Assembly: GCF_000002075.1 (NCBI RefSeq)
Contig: NW_004797328.1
Coordinates: forward strand, 131,540 to 186,135
Direction of reading: 5' to 3'
Origin: Aplysia californica
Lineage: Eukaryota
DNA length: 54,596 bases
Positions 23,805-36,100 of the stretch are shown here, in pieces. The notes beneath the pieces were generated by a model. The model made no database searches and was not told the origin of the DNA. It was given only the letters and a program-made list of their open reading frames with translations. Position numbers and translations under genes: made by a program. Numbering within the stretch: position 1 is the first letter of the stretch; each line of letters begins with the position of its first letter.

Positions 23805-23945
23805 GAAATGTATTACGCCCTGATCGACACTGTTCAGATCTTGTAGGAGGCGGGCTGCTTCAACTCTGCATGTCAGGGCCAGCCCAGGTTGAGTGAGACA
23901 TAACATCCCAGCAGAAAGACGGGGATACTCAGCCAACTTCCCCTC
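23805..23945 (-). mobile_element. SINE-family fragment just after the GPCR stop
   Basis: Similar to 35345-35470 and 39090-39295 (tgtca.ggcca.cc...catcccagca.aaa). The 39 kb copy carries a tRNA-like head on the minus strand. Confidence 0.5.
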
Positions 23946-25984
23946 TTGACTTGTTGTAGTGAGCGTTTTACGGCACTTGCAACACAATACGGTCATATAG
24001 GTGCCGAACACTGGGCGTGTCACAAGAGGGTAACAGTTTTAAAAAAGAGGAGGAGAGATAAGGACGATAGATGTTTCATAGGACAGAAAAGGAAACCACA
24101 ACAGAGCATCCGCCAACCACCCGCTGACGCCTGTTGTCCCAGTGAGGATTGGACATACTAATGACCAGCAGGACGTGCGGAACATTAACACCACACACAC
24201 ACATATACTGGTTTTTGAGTTTGTTCGTTCGTTTGTTTGATTAAAGAGAAGCATATCGACACAATATTTCTTGAAATTAAGCAAAATAGAAATTAGGATT
24301 AAGATTACTTATTTATGGCTTCTGTTACAGCCAATGAGACCAACTCTGACAGAGAAGAGCTTGCCAACTTTCGAGAAATTAAAAAAAGCTTCCATTTCTA
24401 GTCGTGGATGTGCGCAACTTGCGGGCTCCTCTCTTGACTAGGCATTTCTAATCGTGAACCCTTTTGTGACATGCTGCCAACTGTGACCGCTGCTCGCCAA
24501 GTTGTCTGTCAGGAGCTAGGCACCCCTATGTCGAGAGGTTAAAGATGAAGTCCTTCAGACTTCAGATACATTTTCAGGGTGACATATGACTAACTAAACT
24601 CATATCATGTTTTACTTATCGTTTTATTCATTAAGATTTATCAGTGCACATCCAAGTACAATTCACAACAGGAAACAAGTGCACTTGCAACAAATTCTCA
24701 GTAGTAATACAAACCATCGCGCGTCTTAGTAACATATAGATCCAAAGAAAACCAACATTTTTAAAGCAGTCTTACTCCATCTCATAACCCCAGTGCTCTA
24801 AGCTATGTATCATTATGTTTAGGTCCCTCAAAATCCTGAGAGGTAAGAGAATACAAAACACCATAACTTTTCAAAATTACAACTGATTCTAAAATAAAAG
24901 AGAATACATGTATAAATTCTGAATTGGAGTTGAAGTACAGAGAAGTACATTGTCATAATAATGGTCATGTATTTAGAGCTTTTTTTAAGAGGGGGGAGGG
25001 GGGGAGGGCAAGATACACAGAAACAAGAGACAGATGATAAAGAAGCAAGACCTACCATAGGCTCCCTCCCACCACTTAACATAAATTCTATAATTATAAA
25101 GCTTGTGGATTTTGAGTAAAAACTGAATAAAATAGTTCACACCGCAATTATCGGTACTTAAGTGACAGAATTTGAGATCACTCAAAGCAATCCAAGCTAA
25201 AATCATATCCAGTCAAAAGCTTTCTTAAATTATACTGAGTCTCTTTATTTCAGTGACACAAAGAGGATTGTCATGATTATGAATATTGTACACCCTCGTC
25301 GAAACAATTCTTAGATCAATAAGGGTATTGAACTGACATCTTTTACCTACAGCGATGAAGAGCCTAACCATTCTGCCACAGACACTGGTGTGATTAGATA
25401 CAATAACGACCACAATAAGTACATGGACATAGTTTAGACTAAGGGGTAATAGAAGTGTTTCCCTAACAACTGGAGTCATAACCATGACACACTACTGTTA
25501 TCAGCTTTTGTAGGTACAGCATATCTATATATATTATAATTATCATTCAGGATTTAAGAGAAAAGTGACTGTTATAGTCAGTGGGTGCTATGGACAGTAT
25601 CTGAGTTATGGTCACTCACTAGATTCGACAAAGTTAACAGATGAATCTGAATTCTAAATTTCATCTTTTCATTTCCATTCCATCAAGTATTGTTACCTCT
25701 ATCAAGAGACTTTCTTTGCCCTAATTGAATGTACACTCAGTTTGAGTTTGAGGGTGGGTTGACGGAAAACTTTTTAAGCAAGTGACCACTGTGAGCAAGA
25801 GACCACTGTGAGCAGGCTTTGAGGCCCACTTGTCATGAAACTTACTGACGTCGCAGGGTTGGAAAGGGACCACGATTGACAGGTTAAAGATATAGGGAAA
25901 AAAAAACCAAGACAGTCATGCAACATAAATTTAAATTTAAATCAGGTGACCGTTATGGAGACATGACCATTAATTCAGGTTTGA

Positions 25985-26021
<37 letters not shown>

Positions 26022-26949
26022 ATAATAATTATAATTATAATAATAAAATAAATATACCGTCAGACAGCTGTTAAAATGTAGTAAGCCCAGAAAGCACAAT
26101 TGTACAGGAGATAGCAAAACTTCTTTTAACAATTTTACCAAAATGATGTACATTTTCTTGCTCTTCCCAACATTCAGAATTTGAATAACCATAAAATATT
26201 TTTTGATTACATGCAACCACTACCACATACTAAGAAATTGCAATAAAATAAAGTTTCAAAATTCTGGGATTAATACATTCGAACGGCTGGCTGACGATAT
26301 ATATCATAATAATGCAAAGTGGCTTTGTGGAGAACAAACTGTATTATATCCAAAGTGAATAGTGCTGAAAGAGCTGATTATCTGACTCACAATGAAGAGG
26401 CTGCTGACGAAAAAACTGAACTGAAGCAGCATTAAGCCGCTGGCAGCAGCAAATACAAAACATTTTTAAACGAAAAGTTGTCCTCTCAATCTAAAGTGAA
26501 AAAGCGAATTTTAAAAATTGAATATTATGCATTCCTTCACAAAGCCCCACATACATAGAATTTTCCCTTACAAAAAATGTCCAGTTCACATATTGCACCA
26601 CCTAAACAATTACTTCTTTTTAAAAAATGATTTACTCTTTCACTTTGAAGTATAGTTCAGATAGAATCTCTAGCCCGCACAACATTAAAATGATATACTA
26701 TATTTATGATAAAGAATATTGTTCCCCCTTTCATTTTGAAGCCTGTTTCATTATTTTAAAAACTGTTTAAATTACTGTGATCACCAGTAAAATAAAACAT
26801 AGATCTATATAATTCAACAATTTAAGAATACTTTGATAATTGGTTTTAAAAAAGGCAAACCATCTGGGGGAAAAAGGAACAAAAAAAATCAAAAAGATGT
26901 TTCAACTGTGTGTATTTGTTTCCATTGTGTCATGATTTTAATTCAGACG

Positions 26950-27250
26950 TCTGTACACAAAGATGCTTGAACACACACAGAGCACAGACCCCTTCAAATC
27001 AAGCACAGGGAGAATACAAACACCTGTATAAAGAATACAGATGCATGTACATATATAGAGAATACAGAAACATGTACACATTCTGTATACACGAACATGT
27101 ACACGTAGAGAATACAAAAGTATACACAGATAGACGCACGTACAAAACAGACGCCTGTGTACCCAAACAATGTTCACATAGGTAATACAGGCTCCTGTAT
27201 ACACGGATGCATATATGTACACACAGAGAGTACAGACACCCGAACACCAT
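26950..27250. repeat. Degenerate low-complexity (tacacaga/gaatacag) tandem repeat
   Basis: Seen directly. Confidence 0.6.
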
Positions 27251-29994
27251 CTCAACCTGTCATCTTTTAATTCTACACACAGGCATTCTCGTTCTAAGCT
27301 TACGCTGTACTAGTAGTAGTACTATGTGAGTTTTAATTTTAACATTGTGAGAATTTATTCAAGAGACTGGGTCTCCAAAATAACATTCTCTGATCACAAA
27401 AAGTCAAGTGAGTGGATAGCCATGAGAAGAAATTACTGGCTCCCTCGTCTCATTATATCAGTGTGTTAAACGGTTTAGTCCAATATGTTCAATGTAGATT
27501 TCTGGTGTTGAGGCTATAGCTACCACCTTTTTGTGCTTTTCTCAAATGATTCAGCTTCTAGCAGCTGGGAGAGATCCCAAGCCCTGTCCAACAAGTGGGT
27601 TCGATCTACGATAAAAGCCACACATGTGACTGGAACCATTGATCTAAACAATTATTTCACATGTAAGCAGGGACATGGGTTCTGATCCTCTCTCTAAAAT
27701 ATTCTCACATAGTAAATGAAATTGTCACAGTCATAACTGTTAATTTGTAAAGCATCCTTACAGAACAGGTCCAAGGAATACACTGAACAAATGTTGACTG
27801 CTTGGTCAGCACATGTTGTTTGCTCAGTACCAGCCTTAAGAGTACGAGGTAGCAGTGGTCAAACGGCACTAGTGTTAGAATAATTGTGCCTAACAACTCC
27901 ACAGATATTCTACAGTAAACTTATACACACCAATCATACAGGACATAACAAAACCATGACTTTTAGTAGAAATCACCACAGCACTTCATTTCATTCACAT
28001 CATGTCCACACTTCCACACTACGGGGGGGTTCCCATCACCTCCTCATTGATTTTATTTTCACTGCAAGATTTGCACAACTGAAAATCATTTTAAAAAGCA
28101 AGTGACATCAGAAGGAAAATAGTGCTGTTAAAAATGAAAGTACAGTTTACAAGATGCAAAAAATGACTCTCAAAATGTCCATCTGGTGCAGAAGCCAGAA
28201 TAAGGACAGAATAGGCAGGAAGGCAGAGATGACAGAATATAGCGTCGCCCTTCCTCACAACACTTTCTTCAAACTTACTTTTTAAATAAAATGAAACAAT
28301 ACTGTGAACAATGCAGCAATAAGCTACCGAATGAAAATAATAACGTAAATCTATAACAATATTCAAATGCCACATTTGAATCACCCTGTCCTTGAACAAA
28401 CTGCCGATTCAAAACTGAAATATTTGAAATACCAACAATCAGCATGAGCTTATATATATAAATCATAATTCGAATGATCAATTTTTCCTTTCTAAAAGCT
28501 TAAGCACTAAACGGTGAAAAGTTAAAAAGAAAAGAATCACTTGAGGAAGAGCCCAACCCAAGGTTAGGGCCCAACTTCTGGGACTAGTAGATACAGTAAA
28601 GAGCATCTCACGCCTTTCCCTCCTTTGTTAAAGCCCATTAATTAGAATTGATTGCCTACGACAGCTTTTAAAATAAAATTAACAAATAATAAAACAGTGA
28701 GATAATATTATTTCATGCTGACATGTAAAGAAAATTGGAAGTCCAGAACAGGTCTGAAAAATGTTCACTGTCTTTTCTTTCATAAAAACAGCTAGCATGT
28801 TTCACACTTGAACTTTGACTATCTTCACAGAAGTGTAATGAATGTAATGTAATGTACAGGATGCTTCAAAAAGCTGTTCAAACTGGTAGGAAAGTCACAT
28901 TGAGCATCTGACCTTAATTTACAATATTTCGTCGAGAACCAGTGCCACATCTGGGCCAATTCATGATCTATCATCGAAATGGTATGGTCTCCTCAGACAT
29001 TTTTTCCCCCAATAGTACACCCATTCTGTGCACATTTTAAAAAATACATCTCCTTGTACATTATTCAGTTGCAATCCTTTTGCTATGTAACAAGTCTCCA
29101 TTGCAAATTATGTCCAGTAACTGGCCTCTCCAAACATAAACGTCAACTCATCATATCTACAACACATGGGTTGGACAAAACCATGAAAATCCATCTGAAC
29201 AGGAAAGAGTAAAGACTTTGCTTCTTGGCAGAAACTCGCACTATCTGCATGTACAACAAATTTGCCTTGACATGCCACATGTGTCTTCCACAAGATTTCC
29301 TCAGTGGTTAGTTTGGCTATGGCTATGATAGAAATAGATCACTGACATTAAGCTGTAGTCTCCACTATATTTTTAACAACAAAAGAGAGTCAGAGTGAGT
29401 GTCAGCAGACAGAATCTAATTTCACTTTCATTAAGTGCAAAAGAATAAGAACACCAGGAGATTGAAGTACATAGCAAGTTGATACATCAAACAGGTGGCT
29501 AATGCTAGTGAAGAATGTAAACAAAAAAACGTTCAAGTGTGAAAATCTTTTCGAAGCACCCTATAAATAATCTCAAAGTTGATACTGCTCCAATAGCCCT
29601 CCAAATTGCTGCTTGTGGTGGTAGTTTGAGGAGGGGGGGGGGGGGGGGGGGCTGCATTTGTTCACATCAATATGTCACACAACTGCATACAAGAAGCAAA
29701 CAAAATGTTAATAAAACAAATTGCAATAGCCATTTTCCCCCTGGTGGGTAGTTATTTGTATGGTACAAAAAAACATCTGATGCTTGTTTCATATCCTCAT
29801 TATAACAGGGTTTTGCTTCTTGAACCAAACATTCAATTAATTGAAAACCCTTCTACTTTTACTAAAGTCATAGGGTTAACTTAGGAAAGAACAGCATTTC
29901 AAAGTTTTCTCTAACAACAAGAACTAACTTCGGCAATTTCGTTACAACCGGGACGAAGTTATCATCATTCTAATTTTTCCATCCATCCTTCCAC

Positions 29995-30158
29995 CTACAT
30001 TCCGTTGTAGGCTGGACCCTCCCCTCCCTGAGGACACACCCAGTTGATGTTCTGACTTGGGTCCTTGATATCACAGGTCTTGCAATGGATGCAGTTCTGA
30101 GCATTGATCTGAAGGCGGTGGCCGGTGCCATCTTCTGTCTCTACATACTCGTACACAC
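29995..30158 (-). CDS. ETFDH: ETFDH exon 14 (4Fe-4S ferredoxin-like C-terminus, stop)
   Basis: GVYEYVE...[36 protein letters not shown]. Confidence 0.96.
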
Positions 30159-33100
30159 CTGTAGGGTAAAACACATAGCAATTAATTACGATTAACATAC
30201 TCCAGGACAGAAAAGTACACAGTAAACCCTAATCAACGCACTCCAGGACGAAAAATACAAAGTGAACCATAATCAACACACTACATGACAGGGAGGTATA
30301 CAGTACAATACAATGCAGGCAGTATTACATACGGACGTAAGTCATTGTAGGCGGCCTTTCAGATATGTCTGTATGCAATACTGCCCGCGATAATTAATAT
30401 ACTCTACGGCAATAAAATACACAGTAAACCATAACTAACACACTTTTACATGCATGTGTTGGGGGCAGTTCACAGCACACAACAATTAACATCATCACGG
30501 CACAGTTGTGTTCAAACTTTTATTCCGGCACTAGAGATATTCAAAGTGAGGATCAGAGCAAGAGGCAAGCAGTGCTCCACTAGCTCAGTTGGTCTCTTGC
30601 TGGACTATGGAGGAGACGGCCCTGGTTCTTATCTTCAATTGGATGCTCTAGAACCCAGGACATTTTGTGGTGTTTTCAAGGCTCTCAACCTATTTGGCTT
30701 GGTCCTTTCAGATATGAAGGTCCCGCCTCTTAAATAATCTTATAGTGTTGATAGGGGTATTAAACCCACACACTTACTTACTTACTTACTAAGAAGTTTG
30801 CAGGTTAATCTGATACAATAACAATTCTATTTTTCATATTTCTTCCCATAAAAGCAAACATGTTCTCCCCTTCATTGTCCATGAACTGCAATATGTCATT
30901 TAACGCTTTTTCTTCAGTCTCTTCTCTGTATGTTAATGCATAGTGAGTGTAGAAATTATTTTAACCTCAGGCTTGTGGAAGTAGTAATCCGTGACTCTGA
31001 CCGCTGTATTTACACTGTATTATTTTCACTTTAAAATTGTTTTCCTTAAAATTTAGTTGCTTTTTTTGTTGTTTTTTTTATCCTACTTCATGTGAATATT
31101 CATAATCTCAAATAGTAATGAAGATATCTGGAATTTTGCTGGGGTTTTTTTTTAATTGTTGATTGATCAAAAAAGTTAAAATCTTTAAATCTTGTGGGCC
31201 ATATTCTAAGCATATACAAGTTTTAAAAATTGTAAAAGAGGGGGTTACCTGCAGGGCAAAATCTTTGTTCTGGTCCATCAAACACAGCGTAGTTTCTGGC
31301 CATGGGCACACTGTCGTCCTTCAAGGTCAGATGTGCCGGCTCATCGTGGTCGTGGTTGGTGCCAGTCAAGGCCACAGATGAAAGCAGGTCGAAGGTCACT
31401 TGCCCGTCAGGCTTTGGGTACTCTATGGGCTTGCACTCGGAGGCCGGCTTCAGCTTTGAGTAGTCAGGACCTGTCAAGTGAGGGCAGAGAAAATTGTAAT
31501 TTGAGAGGCTGAAATTGTTCTTAAAATAAGCGAGAGATTATGTTGCCGGTACGTTAGTGTTTTAGTACCTATAAAATGGCAGCTAGTTGCACTGTATGCT
31601 TCCCTGGAAATTATTATTATTATTATTGTTATCATGTAACTAACAGCTTTGTCAGAAATGTATGAGCCAGAGTAAAGAGAAGCACATCGACATAATTCCT
31701 GGGGAAAAGAAAGACAAACAAGCAAAAATAAAGAGACCGATGGTAAAACTTTGGAAATACTAGTGGCACCCTTCAACCACCTGCAATCACGGCTTCATAG
31801 CATGAACAAAACAAAAAAATCTGTTACGTAAAACCTTACATAACATAGCCAAAAGGGCTCATATCAAGCATGAAAGAGAATGCCAAAGATTAAGCAACAA
31901 CTCAAAACTCAATGGAGTCAAAGTGATATTTACCAAAAACTTGAGCCTTATGTATTCTGTATCAATATGTGTCAGCACCAATCATAATCAGACGTATGAC
32001 GCACTGGGCTATTCCTTGCGACAAGGCACGAAAGGAAAAAAAAAATCAGCTTTTGGAGGGTTTTTGTTTTTCTTATCTCTTGAAAGTTTGAGGTTTTGGG
32101 TTTCATTTTATATAAAAATGAACAACTTTATGCCACTGTATTTGTATGTATAGGCTACAATTTTGATTTATTTCTGAGGTGTGTATGGTTTGATGTAATA
32201 TATTCAAGTATGATATTTATGATTTAAAACAAGGTAGAATTCTTCTTCACCTTCCACTCAATCCAAGTTTCACTGTATTAAAGTTTCAATTTTTCGTCAA
32301 ATATTGTCTGGCAGACTTCACTTCTTTTATTGCAAGGAAAATGTAACAGCTTTGGAAAATAGTATTAACTCAATTTGAGAAACTTCTGAATTACGTCTGA
32401 ATGTGGCTGGCATAGATGAGAGGCCATAAAAGACGGAAACATTTTGGCCAACTAATGCACAAAGTAGCCTTTTTGTTACAATGATCCCAATAGCAAATTA
32501 GTGAAGTTTTGATCTGCAATATATCGGAAAACACAAGTATCTGTGGTATAATGAATGGTTAGGCCTTTCACCATTGCAGGCAGACGACCTGAGTTTAAAT
32601 CCCAAATGGCAGAGTCTATTTGAGTGGTTTCGTGTTGAAGCCACACACTCATTAAAATAATAAAATAAGAGAAACCAGCATTTTTCCGCTCTTTGGGAAA
32701 TTTTTATCGTAACTTTAAAAAAATGTAAAATTGACATTTCCAAGGATCCTCAAGCTTTGGAAGTCAGCGAACTTTGGTAGCTATCTTCTAGGTAATTTTA
32801 TTTCAGACACCAGGTGAACCTCACTTCCTTCAATCGCAAATACTTCCAATTCTATTCAAGATGGATGGGTATTTTTTTTTTTCATCCAAAGCTGCACAGG
32901 CTTGAAGATTATTGCAAAAACTCCATATGGCCAAAAATTGACGAGCACCTGATTCCATCACGTCGTGACACATTTTAGCAAATATTTCCAGTTTTCTGCT
33001 GGGATGCAGCAACCCACTCAGCCAGGGTCACATCAGCCCGCCTCCTAAATGAACTAAGTGGTGTCCATGGGGGATAAATATTTCACACACGCAAACAAAA

Positions 33101-36100
33101 AAACCCACAGAAAGTCAAGACTACACTTTTCTCAAGCAAAACGTAACTTTCTTCCACTGTGTGCTCTCACCTCCATGGGACAAAGTGAAGGGTTCGAGTC
33201 CACGCAGGATGTAGTACATGATTCCTGTGTAGGCCAGACCTCCGTACATGCCCAGAGGTGTATGGAAGGATGGGCGAACGTTCCTTACTGCTTTCAACTC
33301 AGACCAGACCCAGCTGGAACGAATCCTGTCTTCATATGATGAAGGGTCGAGTCCTGCGGAGTACATCACATATGAGTATCAACAGGAATCAATTATGAAA
33401 ACTAAAGAGATAAAATCATAGGTCTATATATAATTTTGCGACAAATTTATAGCTTACAGTTTATCTCCTGTGAAAATTGTGAAATTGTACAAGTTCAAGA
33501 TCCTTTTCAACACTGTAAGGTTATCAAACAGTGCCCTCAAATGCATTGGTTCTATAAGGTGACCAGGACTCAAAGGGCTAAAGCATACAAATTTATTTTC
33601 TACTAACATGAAGCTTAGGTTCAAGCTCTGTGCACGTTTTAGAGAACTTGTTCTTTAAAAACCAATTCATTAAGTTGAATGGACAAAGAGTGACATTGGA
33701 GTTTTTTAAAACAAGGAAATGAGAAAGGGGTGCTGGGGATTTCTAATGGGGCAGCAAGTGCTCGAAAAACGAGCGGACCGGTTTGCGAGCACCGGATTAA
33801 ATGATTCATGAGTACCACCCACTGTAACCCTTAGATGTACCGCTGATCACCACGACTTCAGCACATTGGGCACTAATGAGACGGCAAAGTGGCTGCGTGA
33901 CAAGCTAGGCCTAACAATGAGCTGGCTGTATCGTAGTGTCCGAGCAAGCACTCGATAGGCCTACATCTAGACCTACTGATTCATTACCAAATTGAGAAAG
34001 AGCAAACGAGCTGTGGACATACAACACCTGGGTGATAAAATCAACCTGTGCACGAAATGTGCACCGTTTCTTGAAGATCGATACTAGGTGCTAGCAGGAC
34101 TGCATTGTGATATTGTGACTTAATGAACAAGCTGAACCATGCGCTCAACCAAGATAAGCCTCATCAGTTTAGCTCGCTTGCTTGTTCATGGCACTGAAAT
34201 GAGCAGTATCTAGAGCAGTGAATAATGAACCTTTACGATGTACCGGTTAAATTCTGAATAAATAAGAATTCATATTTCAGAAGAACACTTTTTTTTAAAT
34301 GGCTACGCTGACAAAAAACCTCTTCCGGAGGAAAGAGGCGACTGTTTTCTTCGTTTCATTTGACTTTAGAATGAGAGGTGAGAGGTCATTAAAATTATAA
34401 ATAAATAAACCTCCGCACTGAACGAACCCGAACAGCTGATGAACAGCAGCCTATCAGCGCACGCAAGGAGGTGCTATTCCTATTCCTCTTCTAGAGAAAC
34501 GAAAGACAGCTTCAAAACAAAGACTGCAGCGCCATCTGAGCCATTGTACAGACTTCCGGCGGACACTTTTTTGGCTGAGTGGACCATCTTGTTATGTACG
34601 ATCATTGGCTGAACTCAACCCTAGAAATTTCCTTACCAACGGTTTGAGAAGAGGGGTTAGTTTCTTCTTCAACAATCTTTTCATAGACGGCTTCAGCAGC
34701 AACCATTCCACTCTTCATTGCATTGTGGATTCCCTTGATCTTTGGCACGTTCAGGAAACCTGGACTACAGCCAATTAGGCAACCGCCAGGGAATGTCAGC
34801 TTAGGTATACTCTATTTGTCAAGTAAAAGAAGTCATGGCTTAGTACAGAAAAGTGATGGACATCCATAGACTAGTCACGATTTAGAACAGAAATTATGAT
34901 CTAGTTAATAAAAGTTATTTTTTAGTCCAGAAAAGTTGTAATTTAGCACAGAAGAGTCATGATTTAGAATGCAGCATGTATCAATGTGGACTGCCAATCA
35001 TCAAGAAAGTTCAAAATTGCAAAAAATTTCCACATTACAACAAACAAAAAAAAAGAAATTTTTTCTACTTATTTCTGTGCCCATGTGAGCACATTTTATC
35101 ACATGAGAATGTAAAAGTTCAACGTAAAAAAAGACAATAATACAGACCTGGAAACCACCTTCATTCAACGCCCTGGCACCATAGGCTATTCTTTTGCCAC
35201 TCTGAAACAACTTCACATTTCCCGGATGCAGCTTGAACCTCTGGAACTCTTGGAATGGATTCAGATAAGGGTTTGTATAATCAAGACCAACCTGGGACAG
35301 GAAGATAAACAAGTCATTAAATTTTACTATTTTTTAAAATGTAGTTGTTTTTACGCCTCCAACGAGACAATTTAAATAACTTGGGAAGCAAGTATTGACC
35401 CTCCCTGTCATGGCCAGCCCGTGCTGAAGGGGATATGACATCCCAGCAAAAAGCAGAAATCAGTCAACTAAACAAAGTCCTTCAATAATGAGGTATAAGT
35501 AGCCTCATGATATACAAACACTTAAAATCACTCATGATAAACAAGCATATACAATAACAAATAATTACAACAACTCATGAAATACAAACAAAGCAACCTA
35601 AGATCTATAAACACTTACAAAGACTCATGATATACAAAAGCTAACAACTATGCATGATCTACAAACACAACCACTCATGCTATACAAACACTTACGACTC
35701 ATAAACAAACACTTACAACAACAAACAATTACAATGACTCATGATATTCAAACACTTACCACAACTCATGACACAAACAAACACTTACAACAATTCATTA
35801 ACAAACAAACACAACAATTCATGATATACAAACACTTACAATAACTCATGATATACAAACACTTACCACAACTCACGATATAAAAACATACACAACAATT
35901 CATGATATACAAACACTTACAACAATTCCCACTGCCACCAAAGGTGCTCCATCATCTTCAATATGATACAAGAAAGAACCTCCATAGGTGTCCCTGTCCT
36001 GAAAAGGGGTAAAAATACAAAATTGTGATTTACTATCCTTGAAACACTGTTATGTGATTTACACTGTCTTTGAAATACCAGAATGTGATTTACTGTTTTA

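Noticed and set aside
30316-30330. miR-8/miR-200-like seed (TAATACTGCCTG on the minus strand)
   Set aside because: The match stops after about 12 nt and lies at the base of the stem, not in a mature-arm position.
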